Assembly (NCBI RefSeq): GCF_006345805.1
Contig: NW_021836533.1
Span: 1-24,166, forward strand
DNA: 24,166 nt
Source of the DNA: Octopus sinensis
Taxonomy: Eukaryota
Reading direction: 5' to 3'
The notes below the pieces were generated by a model. The model made no database searches. It had not been told where the DNA came from and saw nothing but the letters and a program-made list of their open reading frames with translations. Made by a program: the position numbers and the translations under genes. Shown one piece after another: positions 11,757-22,568 of the stretch. How positions within the stretch are numbered: position 1 is the stretch's first letter; each line of letters starts with the position of its first letter.

Positions 11757-12083
11757 AATAAATATTAGGGAATAAATCCAATTTACAGGGAAAAAAATCA
11801 GATTTAGGATTAAATCCATTTTATAGTAAAATATTATAAAATATTATTAGAGACAAAACCACTATTTTGCAAAACAAACAAGGAAGACTTAATCAATACA
11901 TAAAATTTAATAAATAATCAAAAAACCGCCACTACAATCGTTTCTTGTCTTGATCGACAATCTTCAGGTGGACTTCCAATAAGTCAGTTTCAAATTATGA
12001 CTATTTATTAAAATTTTTTATTATGGATTAAGTCTTTCTTGTTTGTTTTGCAAAATAGTGGTTTTGTCTCTAATAATATTTTA
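11757..12083 (-). mobile_element. Penelope-type element in (TA)n, with hammerhead and inverted partial duplicate
   Basis: About 11836-11918 is the reverse complement of about 12000-12083. The hammerhead lies in the spacer, and (TA)n flanks both sides. Confidence 0.75.
11929..11971 (-). ncRNA. Minimal type I hammerhead ribozyme with intact core
   Basis: CCAC-CUGAAGA-UUGUC GAUCAA GACAA-GAA-ACGAUUGU-A-GUGG: stem I CCAC/GUGG, perfect 5-bp stem II, near-palindromic stem III, GUA cleavage triplet. Confidence 0.85.
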
Positions 12084-12408
12084 TATATATATATATATAT
12101 ATATGTATACAACGTACATACATACTATATATATATACATACTATATACACATATATATATACATACACATACATATATACACACCACACACACACACAC
12201 ACACACATATACATATATATTATATAATATATAATATATATATATATAATATTATGTATATATATGTATATATGTATGTATATATATGTATGTATGTATG
12301 TATATATATATAAGGTGTATTACGTTAGTATCGGATTACAAATAGTGATTATTAAATAACTGTCTAACCGTCCCCGTTGTTGATTCTGTTATTTAAAATA
12401 AAAAATAA

Positions 12409-12449
<41 letters not shown>

Positions 12450-12473
12450 GCATGTGTATATATTTATCTATCT

Positions 12474-12521
<48 letters not shown>

Positions 12522-12557
12522 CTATCTATCTATCTATCTATCCATCTATATACAGAC

Positions 12558-12590
<33 letters not shown>

Positions 12591-12596
<6 letters not shown>

Positions 12597-12817
12597 CAAA
12601 AATTAAATAAATGGCACACACTAAGTACCGATATTCACTGGAAAATAGCGACGTAATAATACGACGCTAATGTATAGCTAATTATACATTAGCGTCGTAT
12701 TATTACGTTCGCTATTTTCCAGTAAATATCGGCACTTAGTTGTGCCATTTATTTAATTTTGTGTATAAATTTAACCTCACAGCTATCCTTTACTGGAAAG
12801 CCACTCTCGTATTGCAT

Positions 12818-12820
<3 letters not shown>
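12591..12820. repeat. Fold-back element: ~85-bp inverted arms, 4-6 nt loop, ~55-bp tail, flanked by (TA)n
   Basis: 12591-12676 is the reverse complement of 12683-12767 with only about five differences. Confidence 0.9.
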
Positions 12821-12875
<55 letters not shown>

Positions 12876-12877
12876 AT

Positions 12878-12965
12878 ATAGTCAATCCAAACCTGAACAA
12901 GCAAGACAAAACAATGCGAGTATGTGGAATAAGTACTGCGTTATTGGACGCCGAGGAAAGGAAAC
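12878..12965 (-). mobile_element. Second, shorter copy of the 2735-2945 family (3' tail only)
   Basis: Minus TTCCTCGGCGTCCAATAACGCAGTACTTATTCCACATACTCGCATTGTT..GTTTGGATTGACTATA aligns to TTCCTGAGCGTCCAATATTACTATATTTCTTCCACGTCCTCGCTTTGTT..GTCTGGATTAATTTTATA. Confidence 0.7.
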
Positions 12966-13747
12966 AAACACACACACACACACACCACACACACACACAC
13001 CACACCACTCACACACACACACATACACACACACGCACACACGCACACACACACTCGCGCACCAAACACACACGCACATTTAGGTGCACACTCACTCACA
13101 TGATCCTGTTCTAAATCTGCATTGAGACACTTAAAAACGAATTTGTACATCCGTGTGTAAAGAATTTCTGTGTTATGGAATTGTGTTTCAGTAATGAGAT
13201 CACTTAATAAGTGGGCATGGCCGTTCTTCCTCTTAGAGGGAGACAACAAACAAAGCTATTGTGTCGTTTCCTTTTTTCCGGATAAGATTGTTGAAACTAT
13301 CATAGCTAATCCGAAACTGTCAGATCGGTTAGTCTTTTGGACGTAGAAGTCTTTAGCAATGCCGACCTGGAAACGTAATAGTTTTCTACTTTGGAATATT
13401 TTGATCCCATCAATCAAACAGATTTTTACACTGTGTATGTAAACAATATTTTTTTTTAAATTCTTATTCTTTCCTTCCGTCTAATTACTGTATCCACATA
13501 TGCTGATTAAATGTGTTAGTGGTAATTAATGTCTATCCTAATTATTTGATAATGTATTTTTGATGTTTCATGTTTTCTCTATGCAGCTCAACTCTCTTTC
13601 TTCCTCTCTCTCTCTCTCTCTATTATTCTCCTCTCGATATCTCTCTTCTTACATATAGTCACATATATATAGATACACAAACACGCACACATCTATATAT
13701 TGTATATATAGACATATTTATGTAAATAAATGACTAAACACACATAC

Positions 13748-14063
13748 GTATATTCTTAACCTCGTGGTCTCTGGTTCAATCTCCTTGTGTGACACGATAC
13801 GCAACTATTTTCGTCAATAGATTCAAATCGATCAATGTTACGGAAATCCCTCTTGTATACATGCGTGTGTATGTACGTGTGTTTATGCGTATATATGTAT
13901 GTATGTGTGTCTGTGTGTGTGTGTATATATGCGGTTGTCTGTGTGTTTGCGCACGCGTGTGTGTCTGCATATATGTTTGCATATATATGTATATATTTAT
14001 ATATATCAACCTATATATAAATATATGTAAGTATGTATGTACATATTTATGTGTATATATATA

Positions 14064-14110
<47 letters not shown>

Positions 14111-14468
14111 ATATATATATATATTTATATATATATACATACATATACAGACATAGAGAGAGTGTGTGTGAGAAAGAGGGAGAGAGGGAGATAGACATAT
14201 ATGCATACACATATACATGTATATATCTGTTTATGTATGTGTGTTTATCTTTGGACATTTCTCTAAGACCCTTACTGATTCACCGACCCACTAACATGTG
14301 TCTTTTTGTGCTCATGTCCCATATCCTAGCGTTGAGTTAATAGAAACTCACAACCATACATACATGACTGAAAAGAAAGTTTTAAAAAAGACCCCAAGTT
14401 TAGATTTTGGCATAAATATCTATAAACCTGTTAAGCCGGACCACTAACACTGCTGCAGTTTAGTGAAA
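13748..14468 (+). mobile_element. Old SINE with expanded internal microsatellite
   Basis: Head GTGGTCTCTGGTTCAATCTCCTTGTGTGACAC resembles 160-192. A ~390-bp (TG)/(TA) tract follows, then a degenerate 3' half. Confidence 0.4.
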
Positions 14469-15158
14469 ATGTACATACATATGTATGAGTAAGTGTAACA
14501 TATCATAACGTATTATAATATAATATAATAATAATAAAATATATACAATATGAAATATATATATATATATAATATATATATATCGATATTTCAAAATCAG
14601 ACCTTTCAATCCCATTCCACTGCACTTGACAGCATAAACTACCACAAATCGGACTGGGTAGCAATCAGGTAGGTTTAGTCCTCTATCGATTGTTTGATAG
14701 CCATGCGATCTTTACCAGTGATTTCTTTCGGGATACTGTTCAATGAGGCAGCTTTAAGGGAGGTAAAAAACACGTGTCACTGCTATTCTGTGATGTTAAC
14801 TTAAATTTCGTTGTGTGTGAATGACATGGGGAACAAGATTTAGTTATTATGCGAAAATAGTCATGATGGTGATGTAGAGAATAAATTCTGTCGTTAAAGG
14901 AACCGAGGCCTGTCGGTTCATGTTGTTTTCATTTTATCTATTTGTCTTCGGATGTGTTGCAATTCTCATAGATTTTTACTTTGTGTAAGGAGAATGCAGA
15001 CACTAGAATGTGATACGTACAAAATGTAAAGATGGAAGGAAGATATCAGGATCGCTGATTGGAATGCAAGAAAGAGTCATGTGCACATCTTCTGGGCCAC
15101 ATAAGCTTCATCGTTGATGCGTGCACTTCATTTTAGGTTATCAACATTTACACTTACC

Positions 15159-15558
15159 AAGGCGGCGAGCTGGCAGAAACGTTAGCACGCCGGTTGAAAT
15201 GTTAAGCGGTATTTCGTCTGCCGCTACGTTCTGAGTTCAAATTCTGCCGACGTCGACTTTGCCCTTCATCTTTTCGGGGTCGATAAATTAAGTACCAGTT
15301 ACGCACTGTGGTCGATGTAATCGACTCAATACCTTGACTGTCCTTGTTTGTCTCCTCTATGTTTAGCCCCTCCTGGGTAATAAATAAATAGGTATTTCGT
15401 CTGTCTTTACGTTCTGAGTTCAAATTCCGCCGAGGTCGCCTTTGCCTTTCAACTTTTCAGAGTCGATAAATTTAGTACCAGTTGCGTACTGGAGTCGATC
15501 TAATCGACAGGCCTCCTCTCCCAAAATTTCGGGCCTTCTCCCTAGAGTAGAAAAGAAT
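15159..15558 (+). mobile_element. tRNA-derived dimeric SINE
   Basis: A-box-like GAGCTGGCAGAAACGTTAG and B-box GAGTTCAAATTC. The ~125-bp body GGTATTTCGTCTG..GTCGATAAATT..AGTACCAGTT..GTCGAT.TAATCGAC occurs twice (from about 15208 and 15391). Confidence 0.85.
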
Positions 15559-15770
15559 ATATAGTAAATACCCTTTCTCGGCCAAAAAAACACCTAAAAA
15601 CAACTGACCGATAATTGTCCTTATTTACATATTCAACAGAATGGAAAACTCAGTAAAACGCAAATAATATATACTAAATTATTTAGTTTATCGGAGGGGA
15701 AAAATATATAATCTTTCTATTCAATTAAAAGTTTGTATATTTATAAATAAAATATCTATTTAAAAAAACA

Positions 15771-16128
15771 GAAAGAAATGTTTTGATCAAAATATGGCAT
15801 TATTACAATTTTTCATTTATTATTGTTACTATTATCATCATTAGTTAATAAATTCAGAAATTAAAATTTGTTTATAAATGTATAATCATTTGGTATAATT
15901 AAGATAGCATATCTAAAATTAATATCTAATATTTTTACTGGCTGTTAAATAATATTTATATTCGTAATTTAATATTAATTCTAAATATGCTATCTTAATT
16001 ATACTAAATGATTTTATATTTATTAATAAATTTTAATTTCTTAATTTATGAATTAATGATAATAATAGTAATAATAAAAAATGAATTATTGTAATAATGC
16101 CATGTTTTGATCAACAACATTTATTTCC
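15771..16128. repeat. AT-rich inverted repeat, ~155-bp arms, ~46-bp spacer (fold-back/MITE-like)
   Basis: 15771-15925 is the reverse complement of 15972-16128, e.g. TTGATCAAAATATGGCATTATTACAAT versus ATTGTAATAATGCCATGTTTTGATCAA. Confidence 0.85.
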
Positions 16129-16434
16129 AAGTATGTATTGGATCTTTTCCTTTTGAACGGCAGTTTTCAACACAATTTCTAGTTAACTAACCACTTTTAA
16201 ACTTCGTATACTGGTAGAATGTGTTTATAAAACATCATTTTTTCTTGGCTTTATTGAGTAAATTCTATATGTTGTAACATATTTCAACCTTAATTTGCAT
16301 AGATTGGTATTTATTGAAAGAGACAGCTAGGTTTCATTATCTAACATTCTGTAGTGTACAACTTGCACAAGTTAATGTGTGAAAAACGAAATAGGAACTT
16401 TGAAAGAAATTTCTATAAAAAGTAGTATATATAT

Positions 16435-16480
<46 letters not shown>

Positions 16481-16482
<2 letters not shown>

Positions 16483-17450
16483 GAAAGTCTCGCAGAAAAT
16501 ACAGAACCCCAGCGATGTTGCACACCTGCAGCAGGAGTTGGACTCAATCTACAGATCTGTTGAGGATAAATATGCAGTTTAATGCTGAAAAATTCCAGAC
16601 CCTGCGCTACCAGCATCCAAAACTGAATATTAAACTTACAGGATACACCGGTCCACAGGGAATTTCAATCCCAGAGCCTAAGTCTGTGAGAGACCTGGGT
16701 ATCGACATGAGTGATGATACATCTTTCCAAGTGCACATTACCAGGATGGCGACAAAGTGCAGACGACTGGCTGGGTGGATCTTAAGAACATTCAGAACCA
16801 GAGATAAGGAAACCATGATGGTCCTCTGGCGGACATTCGTCCTCAGCCGCCTGGATTACTGCTCACAGCTATGGTCACCCACCAGTGTAAAATTAACAGC
16901 GGACCTTGAAGCAATCCAGAGAAGATTCACAGAAGATCGTCTCTTTGCAACAGCTCAGCTACTGGGAAAGGTTGAAACAGCTAAGACTCTACTCCCTGGA
17001 GAGAAGACGGGAGAGGTATGCAGATATATATGTCTGGAAGATCCTGGAATGAATTGTGCCAAATTTTGGCATTGTAATCTACACCAATGCTAGAACGGGA
17101 CGACACTGCATAGTGCCAAAGATCCCAGCAATGCCATCACGCTTCAGGACCAGCTTCTGCAACAGCCTGGGTTTCAAGGGCCCACAGTTTTTTAATATTC
17201 TCCCAAAGAGTCTGAGGAACTTGAAGTAGATGAAGCGGTTTTTAAATCAAAGTTGGACATCTTCCTGTCGAGAGTCCCAGATGAACCTACCTCACGGCAA
17301 GAGGTGCAAATGAGAGTAGCTATATCAAACTCCATTCTTCACCAAGTGCCACATATTACATGAGGTTCTTCGCAATAACAGTGTAGCACAAAACGTCGGT
17401 GCATCAGCATGGCTCCAGCTCTGAGCTGAAACTAGAGAAAGAAAAAAAAT
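16481..17450 (+). mobile_element. 5'-truncated CR1-group LINE related to 3034-5923, with intact 3' tail
   Basis: TKVSQKIQNP..MQFNAEKFQ..SVRDLGIDMS..LSRLDYCSQLWSP..LEAIQR, with frameshifts. 3' UTR CAGCATGGCTCCAGCTCTGAGCTGAAACTAGAGAAAG(A)n. (TA)n on both sides. Confidence 0.92.
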
Positions 17451-18284
17451 ATATATATATACACGTGCAAACATACAGTTAATTACACCGTGCAACACGA
17501 CTTTTGTCCTATTGTTTATTCCTATTTCCTTACCTCGAGAAAGTATGGAAAATGATTAACATTTCCTTCAAACACACACATTCAAATACATACACGCAAA
17601 CAGTCGCATACACACCCGTACACGCACATACAATCTTCTCCCCACCGCATACATTAAAAGGCCTCCCAAATTTACTCTATAGCTCGCTTATATTAACATA
17701 TCCTGTTTGCATCTCTCTCTATGGAGTTCATAATGAAAGTACCAATCCTATGCGATACGTCAGCCGAATTTTATGAACGTAGAGTCCGGATGTTGCGTTA
17801 ACTGTTCCGGTTCTATCTTTTCTAGAGTTCAAATCCTGCTACGGCCTACTTCGTTGCTTAATTTAACACAAAACATGGCTTTAAATCTCCATACGGCAAC
17901 TTGAATTTCATAAGCCGTGTCCACTCTTAAAGGTGTTTTGTCCAGACAATCAGTTTGAAGATGCATTCATTCTTCCGCGTCCCTTCAGCAACGAGATCTC
18001 GCTGAAGGCTTATGTGCAATGCTTTTCCGGTTGTTTAAAGGATAAAACAATGAAAACTTGTGTCCTTACTCCATGCCAGGCAAGTTTCCAGTGCTCACAT
18101 CTTCCGCCAGATCCTTCGGCATGTGTGCCCACATACTGCCCTTAATCTATATCTAAATTGTTTTGTAATATTTTCTCTAATTGTATCAACGTAAATCTAT
18201 AGAAATATTAGGTTATCAAGAAAGTTCTTGCGGTTTTTAACCTTGAAATTCAGATGCTCATATCTCGGCTCAAATAAAACTTTA

Positions 18285-19255
18285 TTAATTGAAATAGACA
18301 ACAGAATCAACACACTTTTGCCAACGCCAAACAAGTTTCTATGTGCCAGTAGCGTAAAAATCCTGCGTTCTGTTGGCGATGAAGTCGTTGAAGGCGTGTT
18401 TGTCATCGTCTTGGTTTTTGAAGCATTTCTCACGCAGGAGGCTGTCGAGATGCTTGAAAAAGTGCTATTGGGTAGGCGAGAGGTCTGGTGACTATGGCGG
18501 TTCAACTTCTGCAGAGTCAATTGTGCGACGTGCGGCCGAGCGTTGTCGTGGAGAAGAATTGGTCCTTTTCTATTGTTGTCGGAGTTTCTTATGCATTTCA
18601 TCCGTTTACTGACAGTACTTCTCCGCCGTAATGATTTCGCATGGATCCAAAAAGCTGTGATGGATGAGACCGGCCGCAGACCACCAAACAGTCACCATGA
18701 TCTTCTTTTGGTGCAACGTCGGCTTCGAGAAGTGCCGTGGAGCTTCGTCGGCGTCCAACCACTTAGCTGAGCGTCGCCGGTTGTCGTAAAGAATCCACTT
18801 TTCATCGCAATTCACAATCCGGTTGAGAAACGGTCGTTCCTGTTGCGCAAAAGAAGGGAAGACGATACTTCAAAACGGCGTCTTTTTTGGTTGTCCTTCA
18901 ATTTGTGCGGCACCCATTTCTCAAGTATTTTTGTTTTTCCAGTCTCTTTCAAGTGATTGGAAATTGTCGTATACGTTACGTTTAATCCAGAGGCAAGCTC
19001 TCGAACAGCCGTGCGTGGATTGGCTTCGACTAAAGCTCTTAGTTGATTGTTGCCAACATCCGATGGCCGACCACTACGCTTATCATCATCAAGATTCTCG
19101 GCACCACTACGAAATTTCTTGAACCACCATTGTGCTGTACGTTCATTAGTGGTTCCTGGGCCAAACGCATCGTTGATCTCGCGAGCTGTTTCAGAACCTT
19201 TTCGGCCTAGCTTGAACTGGAATAAGAAAATTATGCGAAGTTGCTTTTAGTCCAT
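18285..19255 (-). pseudogene. Mariner transposase pseudogene
   Basis: MD*KQLRIIFLFQFKLGRK..TNERTAQWWFKKF..RSGRPS..WVPHKL..CDEKW..ILLHDNARPH..SPDLSPT..RWQKCV, with several stops, frameshifts and deletions. Confidence 0.93.
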
Positions 19256-19428
19256 GCTGTATTCAACGTTCCGGAAAAAGGCCTAATTATTCAAAAAGAA
19301 AAAGAGTAACACGAAGATAGAGAGAAAAAACGGGCTTTCAAATGATGTATAAAGTCAAAGTAATTTAACGAAAATTAATTTGAAAATACATAATTTAAAC
19401 CAAAATTAGAACTTCCGTAAGAACTTTC

Positions 19429-21049
19429 TTTATTTCATTACTTTTGCCATAAAGGCAGTACATAGAGTAAAGTAGCTTTGCGGGCTGGACGAGGACATTA
19501 ATGAAATGAATGATAATGAAAGAAAGATTATAAGGATGGGAGAAGACAAAAAGCGCCCGCCGACTTCTGCTTCTCTAAAACATTGTTCTTTAAAACCAAA
19601 CACAAAACGAGGTATTAAACCTCTTACAACTTTTACAACTTTTACAACTAGGTCAGGGCCCCTCAAGTCGTAACTAAACATGTCCTGTCAAACATAAAAA
19701 AATACATTATCACTTCTCCCTTCCTCCTCTTTCCGGACCTCCAGTCAAATATCTAGCCGCCTGCAGAGCAGACCACATTGACAGTCGGGGAGTTCAGAAA
19801 GAAAGCGAAGTGCCTATTATCAAATGTTTGTGTCACACAGTGCCACAATTTATGACTCATCCTCAAAATAACTTGTGCCCGCATCCTCTGCTATCCTCCA
19901 TGCCGCTTCCAAAACCGCATCGAGTTCCGTGTTAGTGTTGCCCGGGTACAAGCGATATTCCTCATTGAGCTCCTCCAGCTCAAACGTCACGTCGAACGTC
20001 GTTGCCTCCACAGCTATCTGCGGAGGCCATTCGGGGTCCTGTGTGAAGGCTGAAAGTGCTCCCTTATGGTGCTTTTCCATCACCTTTTCAATCTCTCCGC
20101 CTCTATGGAAGAAGATCAATACATCGTCTTTTCCCGGGGGCGGGATATTCAATTCTTTCATTGGCGGCACAGTTCCCACCAACGGTGTTTCTTCTCCTGT
20201 CGGTGGCACAACCCCAACCGACGTAGTTCTGGAACATTCCGGTACTATGTCACCGACTGCCGGCAATGTCCCGTTTCCCTTCCTCTTCCTCTTTTTATTT
20301 ATTTTCAACTGAGGGAGGGTGCGTCTCGTCCGTGGCCGGAAGATTCGCCTTTCTCTCCTCATCCCTAGGATTCTTTGGTGAGCACCCATTGTTGCTCACC
20401 TTCTTCCTCTTTCGGCCCCTGTTTGAGGAGTCCTCCGCTTCCTCGGCCGTCTACATTCCATCTTCTACAGGGGTCTCACTTAACTGCTCCGGGATCTTAT
20501 TTTGTTCCCGGGGACATTTTTTCTTTATATGGCCGGACTCCAGACACCGATGACACCTGGGGGGGGGGGCGACCGTCAAGTATCACCGGGTACCTGCAAA
20601 TATATTCAAAATAAAACCTAAAAAGCGAGAAGAAAGAAGAAATCAAAAGAAAGTCACAATAAAAAGGAGAAAGTCAAATAAAGTTTAGAAGAAAGTCAAT
20701 AGTTCAGGAACACAGCAAAAAAAATCTTCCGGCCATTCGGTACTCCCAGGCTAGGTTGAACCCGGAACGCCACAACTGGAACACAACTTCCACAAAATTG
20801 ATATACAGATTGTTCAATCTTCGGAGGCAAAACACTCCCCCATACAGCAGTTCTCACAATTATTAAAGTTCTTCAAAAGGCACAATACAAGCAATAATTG
20901 TCATAATTAAGTGAGAAAAATATTCACTCAACTTAAACCGAAGACGAGGACACGCCCCACCAAAAATGAATCCAATAAATTCTCAATACATAAAAACAGC
21001 AGCCGCCGAGAGCAGGCGAAATTGTTCCAGAGCTGTGCACAAATTACTG
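19429..21049 (-). mobile_element. ORF1-only non-autonomous retroelement (L1/Tx1-like zinc knuckle, HAL1-like organisation)
   Basis: Begins CAGTAATTTGTG, has a ~450-nt leader, a zinc-knuckle ORF remnant and a ~420-nt 3' UTR, and ends with a TGCC-TTTAT-GGCA hairpin and AATAAA. No RT or endonuclease sequence seen. Confidence 0.65.
19850..20593 (-). pseudogene. Gag/ORF1-like protein remnant: CCHC knuckle, basic patch, unknown C-terminal domain
   Basis: YPVILDGRP../RCHRCLESGHIKKKC (C-x2-C-x4-H-x4-C at 20514-20555), RGRKRKK, then ..DVLIFFHRGGEIEK..SYFEDES*. Two nonsense codons and two frameshifts. Confidence 0.7.
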
Positions 21050-21339
21050 TTGTTGTCGGAGTTTCTTATGCATTTCATACGTTTACTGACAGTACTTCTC
21101 CGCCGTAATGATTTCGCATGGATCCAAAAAGCTGTGATGGATGAGACCGGCCGCAGACCACCAAACAGTCACCATGATCTTCATTATTCAAAAAGAAAAA
21201 GAGTAACACGATTAGATAGAGAGAAAAACGGGCTTTAAAATGATATATAAAGTCAAAGTAATTTAACGAAAATTAATTTGAAAATACATCATTTAAAACC
21301 AAAATTAGAACTTCCGTAAGAACTTTCTTGACAACCTAA
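21050..21339 (-). repeat. Internally deleted duplicate of the mariner 5' part
   Basis: 21050-21182 matches 18573-18705 with one mismatch. It is joined to a copy of 19286-19430 plus the complete TIR. Confidence 0.93.
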
Positions 21340-21385
21340 TACCTTCTAAAACTTTGTGGCAAAAATTTATACCACTATAACCATA

Positions 21386-21425
<40 letters not shown>

Positions 21426-21426
<1 letters not shown>

Positions 21427-21701
21427 GACGTAGCACAGTATACAATATCGTGAAGTTGTTGATTGAAGATATTGTGTCTGCCGTGGGTTTGTACTCTTTG
21501 TGAAGTCACAACAAGGACCTCAGACAGACAGCCCCTTAGGAAATATGCTCGCAGTTCCAAGTAATACCGACTTTTACAAGGCATCTAAATAGTAGAGTTT
21601 CTCTAAAGTTTTCAGATGACAATAGAGACAACCTTTATGATCGACTCTCGTAGATACCGTATCTTATCGATCTCAATCCTTAGGTCCCCATATTTATCAA
21701 A

Positions 21702-21705
<4 letters not shown>
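21426..21705 (-). mobile_element. R4/Dong-clade retrotransposon 3' fragment A (old)
   Basis: KFDKYGDLRIEIDKI..IKVVSIVI and L*KSVLLGTASI match the RLE C-terminus of R4/Dong. (TAA)n on both sides. Confidence 0.75.
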
Positions 21706-21760
<55 letters not shown>

Positions 21761-21763
<3 letters not shown>

Positions 21764-21924
21764 TAGTTTTATTTTTATAGCGTGCTTTCACTTCACTACC
21801 GAGCGCAGCTCTGTGTGCCTTGGGTATGTGCTGTGATTTGTTGTGATGCTCTGATGGTTATTGTATGGAAAGTGCTCTGCGTAGGATGTGTGCAGTGCCT
21901 AGTAGTGCAATTTTCTGTATGTTA
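21761..21924 (-). mobile_element. R4/Dong-clade 3' fragment B
   Basis: NIQKIALLGTAHILRRALSIQ*, then a 3' UTR ending ATAAAACTACTG(AAT)n. Confidence 0.85.
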
Positions 21925-21963
21925 TTATTATTATTATTATTATTATAATTATTATAATTATTA

Positions 21964-22010
<47 letters not shown>

Positions 22011-22011
<1 letters not shown>

Positions 22012-22568
22012 GTAGTCTTATTTTTATCACGATCTTTCATTGCGCTACCGTTCGCACTTCTGTCTGATTTGGGTATATGCTGAGGTTTGTCGCGATTGTC
22101 ACTGTACTGAAAGTGTTTTACGTAGGATGTGTACGGTGATTAGTAGTACTATTTTCTCTATGTTATATATATTTGTTAGTCCCAGTGTTTTTACTATGTA
22201 TTTCTCTGAATACGGTTTTTTTATCATACCCAATGAGTCTATTATGAGAGGAATTGTTTGTGTTTTTAGACTGCATATTCGAGTTACCTTTATTTCCAGG
22301 TTTTGTATTTCGAAATTTCCTCCATTTCTTTTAGAGAAACGCTGTCATCCGTTGGTGACATTTATGTCTGACATTTATGGTATATATTTCATGATTATTG
22401 GTACTGACTTGTTTATGACTAGTGTTTCTCGGATCCATGTGTGGGAAATGCTATGAAAAGCCTTTCGGTAATCGATCCAGGCCATACTTAGATCCTTCTT
22501 CTTTCTGCGGCTGTCTTCAGTTATGGCTTTATTGAACATTAGTTGATTTTTACAGCCGTATGAACCCT
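22011..22568 (-). mobile_element. R4/Dong-clade fragment C, RT piece fused to RLE end by internal deletion
   Basis: GSYGCKNQLMFNKAITED..LSMAWIDYRKAFHSISHTWI (about 22568-22375) joined to SLKEMEEISKYK..TIPLIIDSLGMIKK..ILRKTLSVQ*. 3' UTR similar to fragment B. Confidence 0.85.

Larger units (their letters stand above)
18208..21339 (-). mobile_element. Mariner (Hsmar1/cecropia-like), expanded to 3.1 kb by an insertion and duplication
   Basis: 26-bp TIRs TTAGGTT(A/G)TCAAGAAAGTTCTT(G/A)CGG at 18208-18233 and 21314-21339 (24/26 identical), each flanked by TA. Confidence 0.93.

Noticed and set aside
15159-15250. tRNA gene
   Set aside because: A/B boxes belong to a SINE head, with no cloverleaf.
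16135-16290. Possible MITE fragment starting TGGATCTTTTC
   Set aside because: Looks familiar as a dispersed repeat, but no second terminus or copy in the window supports it.
18285-19255. SETMAR gene
   Set aside because: No SET domain. It is a decayed free transposase between TIRs.
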